Part shown: one piece after another, positions 1 to 12,602 of the stretch | How the letters are laid out: each line of letters begins with the position of its first letter | How positions within the stretch are numbered: the stretch's first letter is position 1 | NCBI GenBank assembly: GCA_964016885.1 | Contig: OZ024741.1 | Location: 368,900,001-368,964,000 of the forward strand | Direction of reading: 5' to 3' | From: Eledone cirrhosa | Taxonomy: Eukaryota | DNA: 64,000 bases | The notes under the pieces: generated by a model | The model's input: the letters and a program-made list of their open reading frames with translations, nothing else | Database searches by the model: none | Told to the model about the DNA's origin: nothing | Position numbers and translations under genes: made by a program

Positions 1-264
1 AAAATTTAAGTTTTTATTCTAATACTACACATTTTTACAACAATCTGATCACTAATAAAAATGCTATAAACATTTGAATTAAACTTGTTTTAAGATATTT
101 TCTACTTAATCATTTTATGGTGTTAAGGTGTCATAATGAGCGTACACAAATACATTTATAGCTTCTCACATAACATATAACTTTGTTTTAATGATTATTA
201 AAAGGATGAATATTTGAGGACATCATTAAAGCAAAACTTTGGTCAGTTCTTTTCAATTTATGAT

Positions 265-431
265 ATACTGTAAATGTGGTTGGTGTTAGGAAGGCCATCC
301 AGCCATAGAAAACCTGCCAGATACAGTCCTATATGAGCGAGACACGGTCTCCTGACCAATCTTGCCTCAAGTGGGACAATTCCCGTCTAACCCATGCTAG
401 TATGGAAGATAGACGTTAAACAATGATGATA
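265..431 (+). mobile_element. RTE-type 3' tail / SINE-like fragment
   Basis: ggtgttaggaaggccatccagccatagaaa...cccgtctaacccatgctagtatggaagatagacgttaaacaatgatgat matches the 3'UTR of the LINE at 58060-58326. Confidence 0.75.
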
Positions 432-1183
432 CTGTCCAATGTAAGAACCAAGAATGCATACAAGTTCTTTGTTGCAGATGCTATCCTTCCATAGAAAGCA
501 CTAAACTACCACTATTGCAGTAAATGGCTAATATCTTTATATGGAAAATGTACTAAAGAAGACAAGTTTCAGAAATGAATAAGGAAAAAATTAGAATTTT
601 AACAAAATAGTATTGTTTATATAAAGCATTGTGAAATGTGTAGTATGGATTGTTCTGGAAAAGCCAGTATAATGCAAGTTAGAAAACACGAATACACCAA
701 AGAACAATTTACACATCTACTTTATATTTCATGATATTTCAGGGCTGCAATTCCTTTTTCAAAAGAAAGGAAGTGTGATAGAGATAGTGAGTTGAAGGGA
801 GCTTGCCATCACCATCACATGCCATTCCTTGCTTTTAAAAAGGGGTCCTAACTCTCAAATGTCACGAAATATAAAGTAAAAGAGTAAACTGTTTTTTTTC
901 TTTGTTAGAATTTTAATTCTCCCTGTCATTTTGTAGATAAATAATTTCATGTTGTAACAGCTCAAGAAAAATGATATGTTTAGGTTAGGAGATACAAAAG
1001 ATTGATGGTTATTAAAAGAGACTTAAAAAAAAAACAGCTGTATATTTATCAGAAATAATATAGGACAGAAAATATGCATAAATCCAGCAACTGATAAGAA
1101 TTGATAATCCTTTTCATAAGATTCAGAAATTTGACAATTTACTAAGTTATTTACTACAATGAATGAAGATTATTTCCAACATA

Positions 1184-2055
1184 TAAGGTATGTCCCAAAA
1201 GTAAGAGTACTGATTTGCCTATGTACGATATGATAACATAGCACCATGTTGATGTATATAGGCATGTTGGTTATGACCTTAGCTTCCCTTACATACTTGT
1301 TTCAACATGATCGTTCGAGTCAGTTGTGAGTCATTGCTGTTTATGTACAGACATGTTTAAAACTTCTGTTAAGTTTGCAAGGTAGGAAAATATTTAACAA
1401 AAGTACACAAATTTTGTGTGAAACTCAACATATCTGTCACTGAAACATTTAATTCTTTGACAAACTTATGGAGATGCAACTCCATCAAGAAGTAGGGTTT
1501 TTAAGTAGCACAAAGCTTTCAAAGAGGGCCGAGAAAATGTTGAAAATGAACCTCGATCATTTTTTTTCAACAGCCAAGGTGTTGTTCACAAAGAATTTTC
1601 ACCTATAGGATAGATAGTTAATCTTACCTTCTACAAAGATCTCTTGGAACAACTTTGAAAACGGGTCCAGCAAGTCCGAAAGAACATTGCAGGAGATTGG
1701 GTATTGCAACTCAATAACGCACCTGTTCACACAGCACTTTCAATTAAAGGATTTCTGGTGAAGAAAAACATTCCCACTCTTCCATATTTTCCTTGAAACC
1801 CAGATTTAGCTCTGTGTAATTTCTACCTCTTCCCTGTTGAAATTGAAGGGTCATCATTTCAGGACTGTGGAAAACATACAAAAAACTGTAACCGATGAGC
1901 TAAGGACATTCCTGTACTGCTTTGATCAATGGAAAAAACGTTGGAACCAGTGTGACTTCCCAAGAGTCATATTTTGAAGGAGATAACTTATAATTTCATG
2001 TATGTCTAATATACATTTAAATAAAACACCAGTACCCTACTTTTGGGACAAACCC

Positions 2056-2057
<2 letters not shown>
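1184..2057 (+). mobile_element. Internally deleted, decayed Tc1/mariner transposon
   Basis: ~30-bp TIRs (TA|taaggtatgtcccaaaagtaagagtactg versus cagtaccctacttttgggacaaaccctg|TA). Transposase remnants: CVKLN..TETF, VFK*HKAFKEGRENVE, WVLQLNNAPVHTALSIKGFL, and PDLALCNFYLFP (YSPDLAPCDF-like). Confidence 0.88.
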
Positions 2058-2105
<48 letters not shown>

Positions 2106-2152
2106 ATGGCAACATTTTAGGAATTTTTGTTAACAAAATAAACAAAACATAC

Positions 2153-2320
2153 CTTGGATTTTAAAAACTGTAAACATTTTAAAACATTCTCAACTTTCTG
2201 GACTTTGATTCTGCCTTCATTTGGTTTGCCAATTCTTTCACCTGAGATTATTTCTAAAAGCTTCATCAAGATTTTGCCATCTGACAGGTCTGTGAATAGA
2301 TCCTTGATGTAAAATCGAGT
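2153..2320 (-). CDS. SPTBN5: Beta-heavy spectrin, next coding exon (CH1): TRFYIKDLFTDLSDGKILMKLLEIISGERIGKPNEGRIKVQKVENVLKCLQFLKSK
   Basis: 168-bp phase-0 exon translated by hand (absent from the ORF track). Acceptor tgttttttag|, donor AAG|gtatg. It continues in frame from the 12477-12602 exon and carries the DLFTDL.DG..L.KLLEIISGE motif. The gene continues off the left edge. Confidence 0.92.
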
Positions 2321-2549
2321 CTAAAAAACAAGAGATAAAGTAACAACATAAGGAGAACATAGAAAGTAGTAATATATATCTAACCATTATTTACATCAAC
2401 TAAAGCTAGGTAAGGAGCTAATGACTTACCAAAGGCTTTTTCTATGTAGTAGCCAAATTTATCTCAACAATCTTCCTTCAAGTATTAAAATTGGACTGTC
2501 ATGTAATGTTTTAAAATGTCTTCTAGTGAATTTTGAACAACATATGTGT

Positions 2550-2806
2550 CTTAAGTGACATAGGCGCCATCTTAAGTGACATAGGCGCCATCCTAAGTGA
2601 CATAGGCGCCATCCTAAGTGACATAGGCGCCATCCTAAGTGACATAGGCGCCATCCTAAGTGACATAGGCACCATCCTAAGTGACATAGGCGCCATCCTA
2701 AGTGACATAGGCGCCATCCTAAGTGACATAGGCGCCATCCTAAGTGACATCGGCGCCATCCTAAGTGACATCGGCACCATCCTAAGTGACATCGGCACCA
2801 TCTTAA
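2550..2806. repeat. 21-bp minisatellite (cctaagtgacataggcgccat), ~12 copies
   Basis: Directly visible tandem array. It explains ORFs 2459..2827, 2523..2801 and 2533..2820. Confidence 0.97.
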
Positions 2807-2834
2807 GAACTGAGTATTGAATAACATATGCTGT

Positions 2835-3044
2835 TTAACCCTTTTGATACCAACCTAACCAAAACTGGCTATGGTTCTATGAAAGAAATCGACCCATTTC
2901 AAACAATTCCTCAATAAATTTATATCTTCCACCATGATATACAAGAGCCATATTTTAAGTTATATTAGGAACAAAATAATCATTTGAGTAAATCTTCAAA
3001 ATTCTGCATTAATTAATTGAAAGAGTACAGTATGAACGGGTTAA
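2835..3044 (+). mobile_element. piggyBac-like MITE, family B (TTAA-CCCTTTTGATACC...GGG-TTAA)
   Basis: TTAA flanks and CCC/GGG termini. Related copies at 28431-28637 and ~14771-15006 (reverse). Confidence 0.65.
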
Positions 3045-3399
3045 GTGAACTATGCAACATGTTAAGTGAAATAGGCACTATTTAAGAACTACTGAATCAA
3101 ATCGGTTGTTTCTTGATGCATTTTGTTTGTGAGTTATAACTTGTGATTTCTGAACCAAGTATGTCTACAGTAGGGACCAAAGGCTCCATGTTTGAGCCCT
3201 AAACAATAGGACATATCCTAGAAAGATGCTAGAGCTAAAATGACAAAATATTTTGATAAGCCACCCATGGGCTAAAGGTCAATTCAAGCAGAGATCCTAA
3301 CTAAAATTGTATGATTTAAATTTCTTTACATCTACAATAAGTGAAAATAATGATCATTTTCTAGGATTCCTACATTCAATTCATAAAATAAAAGAAATA

Positions 3400-3735
3400 T
3401 GGTGGAACCTTGGTTCACAAATGCCTGTCATCATGAACAAATCGTTTCATGAACAATTTTTCCGAATATAAAATGTCTCGGGTGACAAACGGCGTTTCAA
3501 GTAATGAACATGCAAGCCGGCAACAATGGTTGCTGACAAGTTGGGTGTATCGGTGAGAAAGTGTCACTTGCTGTGTAGTTAGTTACTATGATGATATGTC
3601 TTTTATACACGATCTCACTTTCACTATATTTCTCCCTCAATATTTTGTATTGGAAAAATAGTTTCAGTTTATGAACATTTCAGGTGACGAAAGGCCTTCA
3701 GGAACAAATTAAGTTTGTAAACCAAGGTTCCACTG
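3400..3735. mobile_element. Tigger/pogo-like MITE
   Basis: TIRs TA|tggtggaaccttggttcacaaa ... tttgtaaaccaaggttccactg|TA. Confidence 0.75.
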
Positions 3736-4068
3736 TATTTAAATTGAATCAATATAAGCAGCTCAGTATAAGAATCAGATGATACTAACCCATAACATGC
3801 TTGAAACAGAAATAAATAAAAAGACCTGACAAGATCTAAATATAAATTAAAGGAGGAGAGTTGTGTCATTAAAAATTCTAACTACATTTTACTGCAGCAT
3901 GCAAGAAAGAGTTAATGGAAAATCGATATTATAAAAGAACAATTGTTACTCTGTCCATTACACAGTGTTTTGGTGTGTGTGTGTTTTTTATATGTCCTTC
4001 AACATATAGACAATGCAACGCACTTAAAAAAATATGACCATGACATTTTTCTGTCACACATATGTATA

Positions 4069-4804
4069 TCTCTCTCTATATAAAATTCTTGGCCTGTTTG
4101 TCTGTTTTTTCCTTATGCATTCTCAAACGGCTCGACCAAATCAAATCAAATCTTACCCGGGATTAACATGTAATTTTTATTTGGATTAAAACAACATTTT
4201 ATCTAAAATATTCTACTATAGACTATAAGTAAACAGACATTTTATAACAGAGAGAGTGAGTGAGTGAGTGAGTGAGTGTCTGAGTGTGTGTATGTGTGAG
4301 TGCACGTTCATTACATACGTTAGGCCTTAGTAAGTTACATACACACACATCTTCACGTAAATATTTAATCAGATATAGAGAATTAAACACACACACACAC
4401 ATCTACACATGCATATACATATGAGATGACTGACAAGTATATATGTGAGGTTGAATTTAAGAGGCTTCAGTTTCCAGTCAAACCAAGTTTTATTGTTTCA
4501 ATTAACAAATCTCAGGGTCAATCCCTCAAGGTAGTTGGACTTGATCTCTCTACTACATGTTTCTCCCACAGCCAACTCTATGTTGGTTGCTTGCAAAAAA
4601 ATTATACAATGAATATTGTTTACCCTGAGGTGCTTCAAGATTGACAGATTTTCATTTCTAAATTCTATTATTACAATTTTGATATTTCTTTTATAAAACA
4701 GATATTTTGAAATAATTATGAGGAAAAAATATATCTTCATATTTATTGTTTACTAATTTGAATAAAAGCAGCAGTAACCCGGGCAATGCTGGGTCATTCA
4801 GCTA

Positions 4805-4805
<1 letters not shown>
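4069..4805 (+). mobile_element. Non-autonomous Helitron with a PIF1-like helicase C-terminal remnant
   Basis: 5' A|TC start. 3' GC hairpin (cccgggcaatgctggg) followed by CTAG|T. Internal ORF 4426..4644 reads [29 protein letters not shown]...FSHSQLYVG...NIVYPEVL, typical of the RepHel C-terminus. Confidence 0.88.
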
Positions 4806-4839
<34 letters not shown>

Positions 4840-5126
4840 CAAATAACGAAACGAAATTAAATTTTGTTTCGTTTGTAACGAACTTTTGTATGACTGACGC
4901 TTAAACAATTAAGTTAAAAATGTACATCCACATATGTATACTGAAATACTAGTATGCATATGAATACACACACGTGTACATATGTAGATGTACCGAGTTT
5001 TCACTGGTCACTTTACTGTGAGTGTCCAGCTATTCTGTATGTAAACACACAGACAAACCGGTTTTTAGAGTCATACTGGTTTTTGAGGAAACACCTTTCC
5101 TCTATTCTCCAGAAAGCCAGACAAGG

Positions 5127-5171
5127 AATATTGGACTAGTTTCCATGTTGTTACATCTCATCAGCAATATT
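5127..5171 (-). ncRNA. Minimal type I hammerhead ribozyme motif (inverted copy, sense to the spectrin pre-mRNA)
   Basis: Exact reverse complement of 5775-5819. Confidence 0.75.
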
Positions 5172-5774
5172 TACCTATCTTCCGGCCTCTCTAGAGAATC
5201 GTGAAAGCACATATCGTTATATGCTTTTTCTATGAAAATTAGTAGTGGGCAGACCAATTTGCATAGAGCGTGAGTACGTACCGGTTCAACGGAAACGATA
5301 AAAACAAATAACGAAACGAAATTAAACTACGTTTCGTTTGTAACTCACTTTTGTATGACTGACGCTTAAACAATTAAGTTAAAAATGTACATCCTCAAAA
5401 ACCAGTATGACTCTAAAAACCGGTTTGTCTGTGTGTTTACATACAGAATAGCTGGACACTCACAGTAAAGTGACCAGTGAAAACTCGGTACATCTACATA
5501 TGTACACGTGTGTGTATTCATATGCATACTAGTATTTCAGTATACATATGTGGATGTACATTTTTAACTTAATTGTTTAAGCGTCAGTCATACAAAAGTG
5601 AGTTACAAACGAAACGAAATTTAATTTCGTTTCGTTATTTGTTTTTATCGTCTCCGTTGAACCGGCACGTACTCACGCTCTATGCAAATTGGTCTGCCCA
5701 CTACTAATTTTCATAGAAAAAGCATATAACGATATGTGCTTTCACGATTCTCTAGAGAGGCCGGAAGATAGGTA

Positions 5775-5819
5775 AATATTGCTGATGAGATGTAACAACA
5801 TGGAAACTAGTCCAATATT
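5775..5819 (+). ncRNA. Minimal type I hammerhead ribozyme motif
   Basis: aatattg-CTGATGA-g atgt aaca acat g-GAAA-ctaGTC^-caatatt. It has a 7-bp stem I, conserved core, short stem II (closing pair is a G-G mismatch), palindromic stem III (ACTAGT) and a GUC cleavage triplet. Confidence 0.75.
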
Positions 5820-6039
5820 CCTTGTCTGGCTTTCTGGAGAATAGAGGAAAGGTGTTTCCTCAAAAACCAGTATGACTCTAAAAACCGGTTTGTCTGTGTG
5901 TTTACATACAGAATAGCTGGACACTCACAGTAAAGTGACCAGTGAAAACTCGGTACATCTACATATGTACACGTGTGTGTATTCATATGCATACTAGTAT
6001 TTCAGTATACATATGTGGATGTACATTTTTAACTTAATT

Positions 6040-6077
<38 letters not shown>

Positions 6078-6095
6078 CATATAGTTATTAGATGC

Positions 6096-6632
6096 ATGGA
6101 TGCACAGCTCACGCAAGGACTTTGAAGTTAGAAAAGCACTAGCATGGTCGGCATGCCACAAGCTACTGAAGGTGTGGAAGTCCAACCTAAACTGCAAAAT
6201 CAAGGAGCGCCTCTTCCTAGCAACTGTTGAATCCGTCCTGCTTTACGGCAGTGAAACGTGGATCATTGACAAAGTGCAATGCAAGAGGCTAGACAGATGT
6301 TACACCAGGATGCTGAGAATGTCTCAACATTTCTTGGAAACAGAAGCTGATAAATAATGAACTATACAGATCACTACCACCAGTCTCAAAAGAAGGTGCC
6401 TACAGACGAATGAAATTGGGTGGGCATCCATCATCCAGAAGAGATAGCATGACAACTTGTGCTCTGGAAACCTGCGGTCGGATGAAGAAGGAAGACAGGT
6501 CGTGTCTTTCACTGATTCCCTACTGAGAGATGCCAACATTGACAACATCGACGAACTGAGAAATGTTATGCTCGACTGGGACGATGGAGAAAGCGTGCTG
6601 AATCTTTGCGAGTGTAAACTCGGCCGAAGAAG
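6096..6632 (+). mobile_element. 5'-truncated RTE-clade LINE, 3' part of ORF
   Basis: DFEVRKALAWSACHKLLKVWKSNL...LFLATVESVLLYGSETW...LDRCYTRMLRM, then frameshifted. Ends in gaagaaga. Confidence 0.8.
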
Positions 6633-6889
6633 ATATAGTTATTTTTGGGGGCTGTTTGCATGTGTATTTTACCAGCAGCATAGCTAAGGGTAGCAACCTA
6701 GTAAATATTAAAATAGCAAAGTAAACCACAGCACAGTTGAGCCAATGAAGAAGCCTCTCTACATGGTCATTTAACCAGCTAGAAATAGCAGTCAAATCTC
6801 CCTTAAATCATATTTGTATCGGAGTTGACAAAGGATGGGCTAAACCAGCTCCAACCAAACAATCCACAGTATCTTGAACAGAGGTTGCT

Positions 6890-7040
6890 TATGCATAGTA
6901 ATCCTACATCCTACACAGATATCAGACACAGTGATCCTACATCCTGCAGAGATATCAGACATAGTGACCATACATCCTGCAGAGATATCAGATAGTGTTC
7001 ATACATCATACGCAGATATCAAACAGTGATCAGACAGTCA
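6890..7040. repeat. Degenerate ~30-32-bp tandem repeat (agtgatcctacatcctgcagagatatcagac)
   Basis: 4-5 diverged copies visible. Confidence 0.75.
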
Positions 7041-8656
7041 TGATTCCAACAGCAAACACCAAGTATGCAAGGACCAGATAGCTCAAAATATGACAATGGT
7101 GCCAATTCATGTTTTTGGCTAGTCACCTTACCATTTTTGTCATCCCAGGAGGGCTCTGGTGTCACTACATTGTGAGTGAATTCACCTCATGGGTGGTGGA
7201 GTACATGAGCAAACCAGTAGAGGTACCTTTTAAGTGGGAGTCGTTAAAGGGAATCAGTCCAGCAGGGAGGATGAATTTTGAAGTTTAGCTCTAAATTCAA
7301 TGTGTGAATGTGAAAAATTCAACAAAGACAAACTGGTCAAATATTTCCAGTTTATCTAAATTAATGAGAACAAAGCAAGCATATAGTCATTCTCTCATAT
7401 TCACCAGGTCTAAACACAAAATAACCAAACTCCTACTGTCACCTCCATCTCTCCTGATCTTACAATTGTGAACAAATGGAGGCCCATGCACAGGCTGCTC
7501 CAGGGCCCCGGCTGAGTGAGAGGGAGGGTGTGGGCGAGTGAATGAGAGTGGGTTCGAGAGTGAGGGAGAGTGAGTTAGTGCAAATGAGGGCACAAGTGGG
7601 TGTTTTATAACATATTCAATGTTAATCAACAGAGAGAACTGCATGTTTAACATGGAATTAATACAAACTTGCAACAACATATTTCATATTATGGTTTATT
7701 TTTCACAAAGTAGTGAAACTTGATTATGCTAAGATGAGATATGAACCAGTAATAAGTAGAGGTATGAAGCAGCTCAGAACAGCACATTTGAGGAGATTTA
7801 CACCTGTACTCCATAACGTCTATTCTAGGACACTGTGTAGTGAATTACTTCTTTTGTGATCAGAGAATAATATAAACTGACAATTTTATTTTGTGGTTTA
7901 TTTACTTGCACAATAGCACAATATATATATATATATATATATATTATATAAATGGAAAAAATTAAATTTCATTTCTCACTCTTAGTACGGCTGATACTTA
8001 AATATAAGTATGTATACGTACATACATATAGGTATACAGATGTACAGTAGTATGTATATACATACATACATGCACACATATATATATATATATGTATGTA
8101 TACAAAGACGATTTGTTATGCCTTCATTACATTCATTGATTGGTGACGCACGTTTCCCTATTGATCAGCTCAATGTTCGATCTGTATCAATCTGGCCCGA
8201 CACTGGAATCAAAGCGAAGTTTTGTTTCCATGTATTTAGTTTTTTTTTTATTGTTTATCGACCTGTTATGCACATTTCGCAGAGTACTGGCTCAAGGTCA
8301 CCCATAGAACAATATTTTTTGTTGAATCACCAGTCAGAAAAGCAAATCAATAATGTATTTAGGCCGATAACTTCTATGGGTGACTCTGGGCCAGTCCTTT
8401 GTGAAACAACGAGCGTAACAGGTCACTGCACAAAAAACTAAATAGATATAAACGAAACGCCCTTATTTTTCTTAATATATATATATATATATATATATAT
8501 ACACTGCCAGTGCATTAAGTGCTCATTTTGGTACCACCACTTTCTCTCTCACACACGTGTGCATGCGGTAAACTATAAAAAAAAAAAATAAAAGTCAGAG
8601 CTAGTTAGTTAATTAGTTCATTGTTTTAAGATCGTTTCAGAGGGTCGATTCAGGGT

Positions 8657-8694
<38 letters not shown>

Positions 8695-8959
8695 TTACAG
8701 GTCTCCAAACCTGTCTGGAAGGTCAGTAGACCTGGCTCAGTCTGTGAACAACTGTCCAACTCTTGCTAACAGTTAAAGCAGACATTAAACGATGATGATG
8801 GGTGATGTATTGTTCATAAATCGGAAGATAAAGGTCACAGCAGTAATTTGAACTCACACCAATGCAATTTGATTTCTCACTTAGCTTTAATAATTCAATT
8901 TCCTATGGCTGACATCAGCAGCAGCAATAGTAGACACAGAATTGAATGGATCACATACA

Positions 8960-11420
8960 ATGTATGTTCAGGAACAAAGTGGAAGGGAAGTGATGCAAGG
9001 CTAGTGAAGAGAAGACCTAGATTTGCGTGAAGCGTATCTGGAAAGTGTGCATGTTGGTGTCTTGATTTTTTTAGTTTGTAAACAGTGTAATGAGTATGAC
9101 TAGAGTGAGTGAATGGTTGATGATAGTGAAACTAATGATTGGATAGTTTTTGGTGAGCATCATCTCAAGATATGCCCCACAGGCAGGACAAAGTGTCTAA
9201 GAGAAAGACAAGTTTTGGTATGCAATAGAGATGATTGAAAACATAAAAGACAAGGAAGTTATCATGGTATGAGTAGATTTGAATGGACATATGGAAATGA
9301 TGGTTGGTTTTAAGGGAGTCCATGGGGGATAAAGACGTGGAAAGTAATGACTGGTTTTGAGGGAGTCCATGGAGGATATGGACATGGTGTCAAGAATGAA
9401 GAGGGTGAAAGGATTAGGGAATTTGCTGATGAAGCTGAGATACCAATCTGTAACACCCAATTTCAGAAAAACAACAAACTTGATACATATATATCAAAGA
9501 AGACAAACTCGATACTTATATATCTGGTGAATTGTTATCAACTGTCAACTACTTGATATGTGGGTGAGATAGGAGAAACCTATTTGTCCAGGGAAGGAGG
9601 TCATCAAACAGCACCATTTAGTTGTCTGTGGCCTGAGGTTGAAGGGTAGGAATAAAACTAGCAGATAAAATAATCAAAGATGAAGGTGTGGAGATTAAAA
9701 GAAGTGAAAATAAGGGAGGTTCTAAGAAAGAAACTGAATGTGTTAGAATATGACAAATGAACCTGGGAGTACTTGAAAGTATTTGGATGATGGTTTGTTA
9801 AGAACTGTTGGCAGTGTGTGTGGATTGACAAAAGTACCACGAAAAAACTTGGAAACTTGGTGGTGGATTGATGAAATTGCAAAGAGAATTTACAAAAGGG
9901 GAAAATTCAGAAAATGGCAGTGAGCAAGGGTATGGTTGCAGAAAAGGCAGCTCATCAGGTTTATGAGGAAGCCAAGTGGGCTGTAAAGAAAGAAATAGCA
10001 AAAGCACAAAAAGTACATTGAAGAATGTTTAGAGAATGAATACATTCAGAGCAAGTTGATCCTCTTAGTTGTGGGGCTCATATAAAACAAGTTATTAGAA
10101 CATGGAATGAAGGTACTGGAAAAGAGTGTTAAAGGGGATAAGGTAAAAAGTGATGATTGATGAAATGCAATTTAGATTAGTGCCAAGAAAAGGAATGAGT
10201 GAAGTAATTTTTATTGTGAAGCAGTTACAGAAGTACAGAGACAAGAGGAAAAATTTATTTTTGGTGGGTTTGTTGATTTGGAGAAAGCATTCCATCAGGT
10301 TCCACATGAATTAGTGACAGATATTAAGAGAATTGGGAGTGGAGGAATGGTTGGTTAGTGTAGTGATAATGTGTAAAAAAGTGTATGTCAGGATGAAGGA
10401 CAGGAACAATAATTTTGAAGTAAACATTGGAGTGCATCAGAGATCCGTATTAAACTACTATTATTTATAGTAGTCATAGACGCACTGGCCCAAAGAGTAA
10501 ATGTGGATTTACCATGGGAGTTGCTGTATGCAGATGACCTGGTGTTAATAGCAGTGAGTACGGATGAACTGAGGGAGAAGATGTAATGAATGCATGGAGA
10601 CAAAAGCCATGTAGGTAAACATAGGAAAGATGAAGGGGATAGAAAGTGATAAAGCATTTGGTAAGATGGAAAGAACAGGAAGGTAGTCATGTGTAATGTG
10701 CAGGGAGGGTGCTGGAGCGAACTCCATTAAAAGTACACTAGGTAGGTACATCAAAAATGTATTGGTGTGAAGAGATTATTAAATAATATGGCAGCTACAT
10801 TTAAGTGTAAAATGCATATAAAGGAAACTAGAGACAAGGAGGATTTTGAACTGGATCTTGGGAATGGTGTGAAGATAGGTATGAAAAAATATTTTCATAC
10901 CTATCTTCACACCTTACCTTACTTAAGAGACATGTTGATTTGAGAGAGTAGATTAGACTGTGACAATATCTAGAGTGAGATGAGCATGGAGGGAGTTCCA
11001 GAAACTATATGGCATATTAAAGAAGAAGGGAATGTCACTGAAACTGAAGGGAATGGTATATACTGCATATGTGAGAAATGCCATGATTTATAAGAGTAAG
11101 ACATAGGTGATGAACCTGAAGAAACCAGGAAGGCTGGAAAGTACAGAAATAATGATTCAGTGAATGAGCGGAGTATTGCTGACAGAACGGAAGACAAACA
11201 ACGAACTGCAGAGGAATAGAACCAGTGATGGATGTTGTGAAGAGAAATGAAATGAGATGGTTGAGTCATATGTTGAAGGATGAAAGTGATTGGGTGATAT
11301 GAGCGATGGAAATAAATGTAACCGGAGGTAGAGGCAGGGAAAGACCAAGAAAGTTGTGGCTAAAGAAGAAGGAGGAAATGAAAACCAAGTTTTGTTAAGG
11401 GGGGATGCAGACGATAGGGG
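8960..11420 (+). mobile_element. Decayed, near full-length RTE LINE ORF (APE endonuclease + RT)
   Basis: Remnants in order: KWKGSDARLV; DLNGH; GVHGGYGHGVKNEEGERI; FVDLEKAFHQVP; PWELLYADDLVL (YADD at 10527-10538); degenerate Cys finger; GRGR. Many stops and frameshifts; boundaries approximate. Confidence 0.85.
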
Positions 11421-12476
11421 GAAAAAAATGGAACAAACAAAAACAAAAAAAAAACTACTTTAAAACAACAAGGTGGGTTTCAGGTGGTTTGGTATCAAAG
11501 GAGTTAAGTGTCTTAATCTGTACTAAGAATGAAATATCTTTTACAATTATATTTAAAATTCTTTAGAAAATTTAGGAATCCCAAATACAGAAAATAATTG
11601 TAACAGCAATCAATTGCTACAAAAAAAAGTAATCAGCAGCCACTATATTGCAGATGCAGGCCATTTTTTTCCATCCCTAAGAGTATTTTACCCAATTTCC
11701 TAAGCTATTATTTATAACAATTGCTTGTTGTTAGAGTTATTTTCTGCATTTGGGTTTCCTACATTTTCTAAATGATTTCAAATTGCAAAGTGCTTTGATA
11801 GTTTGTATGAAAGGTTAATATTTAAAATGTTGTCCAGTCATCCATCTTGACAAACCGAGTTTTTGCTAACCACTTAACCAATTTCAACTGGACATACTTA
11901 AATTGGATTCATATGTTGGTAATGGTGAGAAAATTTACCAAATAAGGTGCCACTAAGACCTACAATCAACAACGGTTTAGTTCTGCAAGTTGCAACCAAG
12001 TTTTCAACCGGTTAATCAAGTGCTTAAATAGCTTCAGTAATAGTAAACTGAGAATGTAAAATAACATCGACCAAAAAAATTACACTGATAAAGAAATCTC
12101 AGCCTTCTAGAAATGGTCGCTAAATTTCCCCCAAAAGACCCAGTCATTTTGAAAAAGGGAACAAGTTCAATGTAATACTAGGTATCCTTAAAAAGATAAT
12201 GTTCAAAACTGAGATGTGATCATAGGTCTACTTGAGCAGCACCAACCTGGTGCAGAACAACAACCAACAACACACCAAAGGGCCAAGACTTCAAAAATTA
12301 GTAAAAGAAAAAAAAGAGGACAAAGGAAAGAATTATAATTTAAAACTAAAACTAAAAATAAGTAGATACCTCAACAGAATAAAATCATTAAAAAAAAATT
12401 AAAAAAATGAAAATATTTTTTTATTATAAAAATATCTTTGAAAACTCCATTTCTATATATTTAAAATATTGCTTAC

Positions 12477-12602
12477 CTTTTCTAGAAATGAATTGGCCCA
12501 TTTTGTGAAAGTTTTCTTTTGAATTTGTACACGTTCTTGCTGGAGGATTTTAATCCTACCAGCCTCAAAATTTTCATTCATGATTTTTTTGTTACTGTTT
12601 GC
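12477..12602 (-). CDS. SPTBN5: Beta-heavy spectrin (karst/SPTBN5-like), N-terminal coding exon: ANSNKKIMNENFEAGRIKILQQERVQIQKKTFTKWANSFLEK
   Basis: 126-bp phase-0 exon with acceptor ttacag| and donor AAG|gtaagc. The FE.GRIK.LQ.ER..IQKKTFTKW.NSFL motif is the start of the beta-spectrin CH1 domain and, from recall, best resembles beta-H spectrin. Possible start ATG at 12581-12579. Orthology to the named gene is not tested. Confidence 0.9.

Larger units (their letters stand above)
4834..6044. mobile_element. Retrozyme / Penelope-pLTR-like element: 465-bp monomer in partial tandem, arranged as two inverted arms
   Basis: Sequence at 4834 recurs at 5299 (period 465). The inverted arm starts at 5392 and recurs at 5857 (period 465). 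Flanked by (TA)n on both sides. Each arm contains a hammerhead motif. Confidence 0.75.

Noticed and set aside
2459-2827. Repetitive ORFs (LSDIGAI, RLCHLGW, MAPMSLR)
   Set aside because: Translations of a 21-bp minisatellite.
8010-8460. 143-aa ORF / CpG-richer block between (TA)n tracts
   Set aside because: The ORF starts in microsatellite and has no recognisable motif. It is probably a repeat fragment that I cannot classify.
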